Below the pieces are notes generated by a model. It searched no databases. It was not told the origin of the DNA and worked only from the letters and a program-made list of their open reading frames with translations. The position numbers were made by a program, and so were the translations under genes. A stretch of DNA of 64,000 nt from Octopus bimaculoides (taxonomy: Eukaryota). The DNA is taken from the NCBI RefSeq assembly GCF_001194135.2, contig NC_068993.1, positions 59,696,817 through 59,760,816 on the forward strand, written 5' to 3'. Below are positions 63,007 to 64,000 of this stretch, piece by piece. The stretch's first letter is position 1, and the number at the start of each line of letters is the position of its first letter.

Positions 63007-63162
63007 TATTCTTTTCTACTCTAGGCACAAGGTCTGAGACTTTTGGAGAGGGGACCAGTCGATTAGATCGACGCCAGTACGCAACTGGTTTTTAATTTAT
63101 CGACTTCGAAAGGATGAAAGGCAAAGTCGACCTCGGCGGAATTTGAACTCAGAACGTAAAGA
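63007..63162 (-). mobile_element. SINE family B, lacking the 5' end
   Basis: ctaggcacaagg..gtcgattagatcgacgccagtacgcaactgg..atttatcgacttcgaaaggatgaaaggcaaagtcgacctcggcggaatttgaactcagaacg. Confidence 0.9.
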
Positions 63163-64000
63163 CAAACACCCACTTCCTAATATTATAAAAATAATAAGGT
63201 CAGTTCATTCTACTTCTTTTCTTTCGTTCTGTCTTTCGCCTTTCTTTCCATAATATCGGAGTTTTCTGGTAGTGAAGGGAATGCAGAGGGGGAACAAGAA
63301 AGGTAACATCAGGATTAACATTAATACCAGGTCAATGTGTAGGTTNNNNNNNNNNNNNNNNNNNNNNNNNNNNNNNNNNNNNNNNNNNNNNNNNNNNNNN
63401 NNNNNNNNNNNNNNNNNNNNNNNNNNNNNNNNNNNNNNNNNNNNNNNNNNNNNNNNNNNNNNNNNNNNNNNNNNNNNNNNNNNNNNNNNNNNNNNNNNNN
63501 NNNNNNNNNNNNNNNNNNNNNNNNNNNNNNNNNNNNNNNNNNNNNNNNNNNNNNNNNNNNNNNNNNNNNNNNNNNNNNNNNNNNNNNNNNNNNTCATCTA
63601 AGGCTACATTATCTAATGTCGGTTGTGTTTAAAGGAAATAAGGTTTAATGTGAATGCGATTTCGCCTTTATTTTTTACCAAATTGGCCGACTGAGTAAAA
63701 ACTAACTCGTTATCTCAAGGTTGAGTTTTTGTTTAAACCCTGGTGAGTCCTGATAGATGGGAGGGACAGGATTTTCCAGCTATTTTAAGAGAGTAGTGCG
63801 TGATTAAAAAAAAAAAAAGATGTGGTTATATCTTCAATTGGTTGAATAACTTTCGAGCTGACTTATTGAATTAGCCATCGTTAGAAAACTTTAAGAAACC
63901 CCAAAATGTGTTAGAATTTACTGGCGCGGTGAGTATGTAGTTGAGTATTTAAGCCCCATACATCGTGTATCAAAAACCCGAGATATTTTCTAGTAGTGTA

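Overview
AT-rich animal genomic DNA from a gapped draft scaffold. Roughly 8-9 kb is N, and most gaps sit at (TA)n/(CA)n tracts. The microsatellite density and tRNA-derived SINE families point to a cephalopod, most likely Octopus (inference, not a database result). I find no host protein-coding gene that I can recognise, no rRNA, no genuine tRNA and no CRISPR array. Almost all ORFs in the track are translated microsatellites or run through gaps. The sequence does support: (1) many tRNA-headed SINE copies from several families, labelled A-H here as local names only; (2) two mariner remnants, one with both TIRs and an internal deletion; (3) non-LTR retrotransposon fragments: two R4/Dong-type restriction-like endonuclease ends, one CR1/L2-type 3' end and two weak RTE-like pieces; (4) Penelope-like element (PLE) 3' remnants; (5) a ~275-bp near-perfect foldback element; (6) several PLE-type minimal hammerhead ribozyme cores. 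The most interesting locus is 58.16-58.98 kb (minus strand). There a tRNA-like Pol III head, an (AAT)n linker and a hammerhead-bearing body appear to form one short retroelement, and a Dong-like retrotransposon has inserted into the (AAT)n linker.
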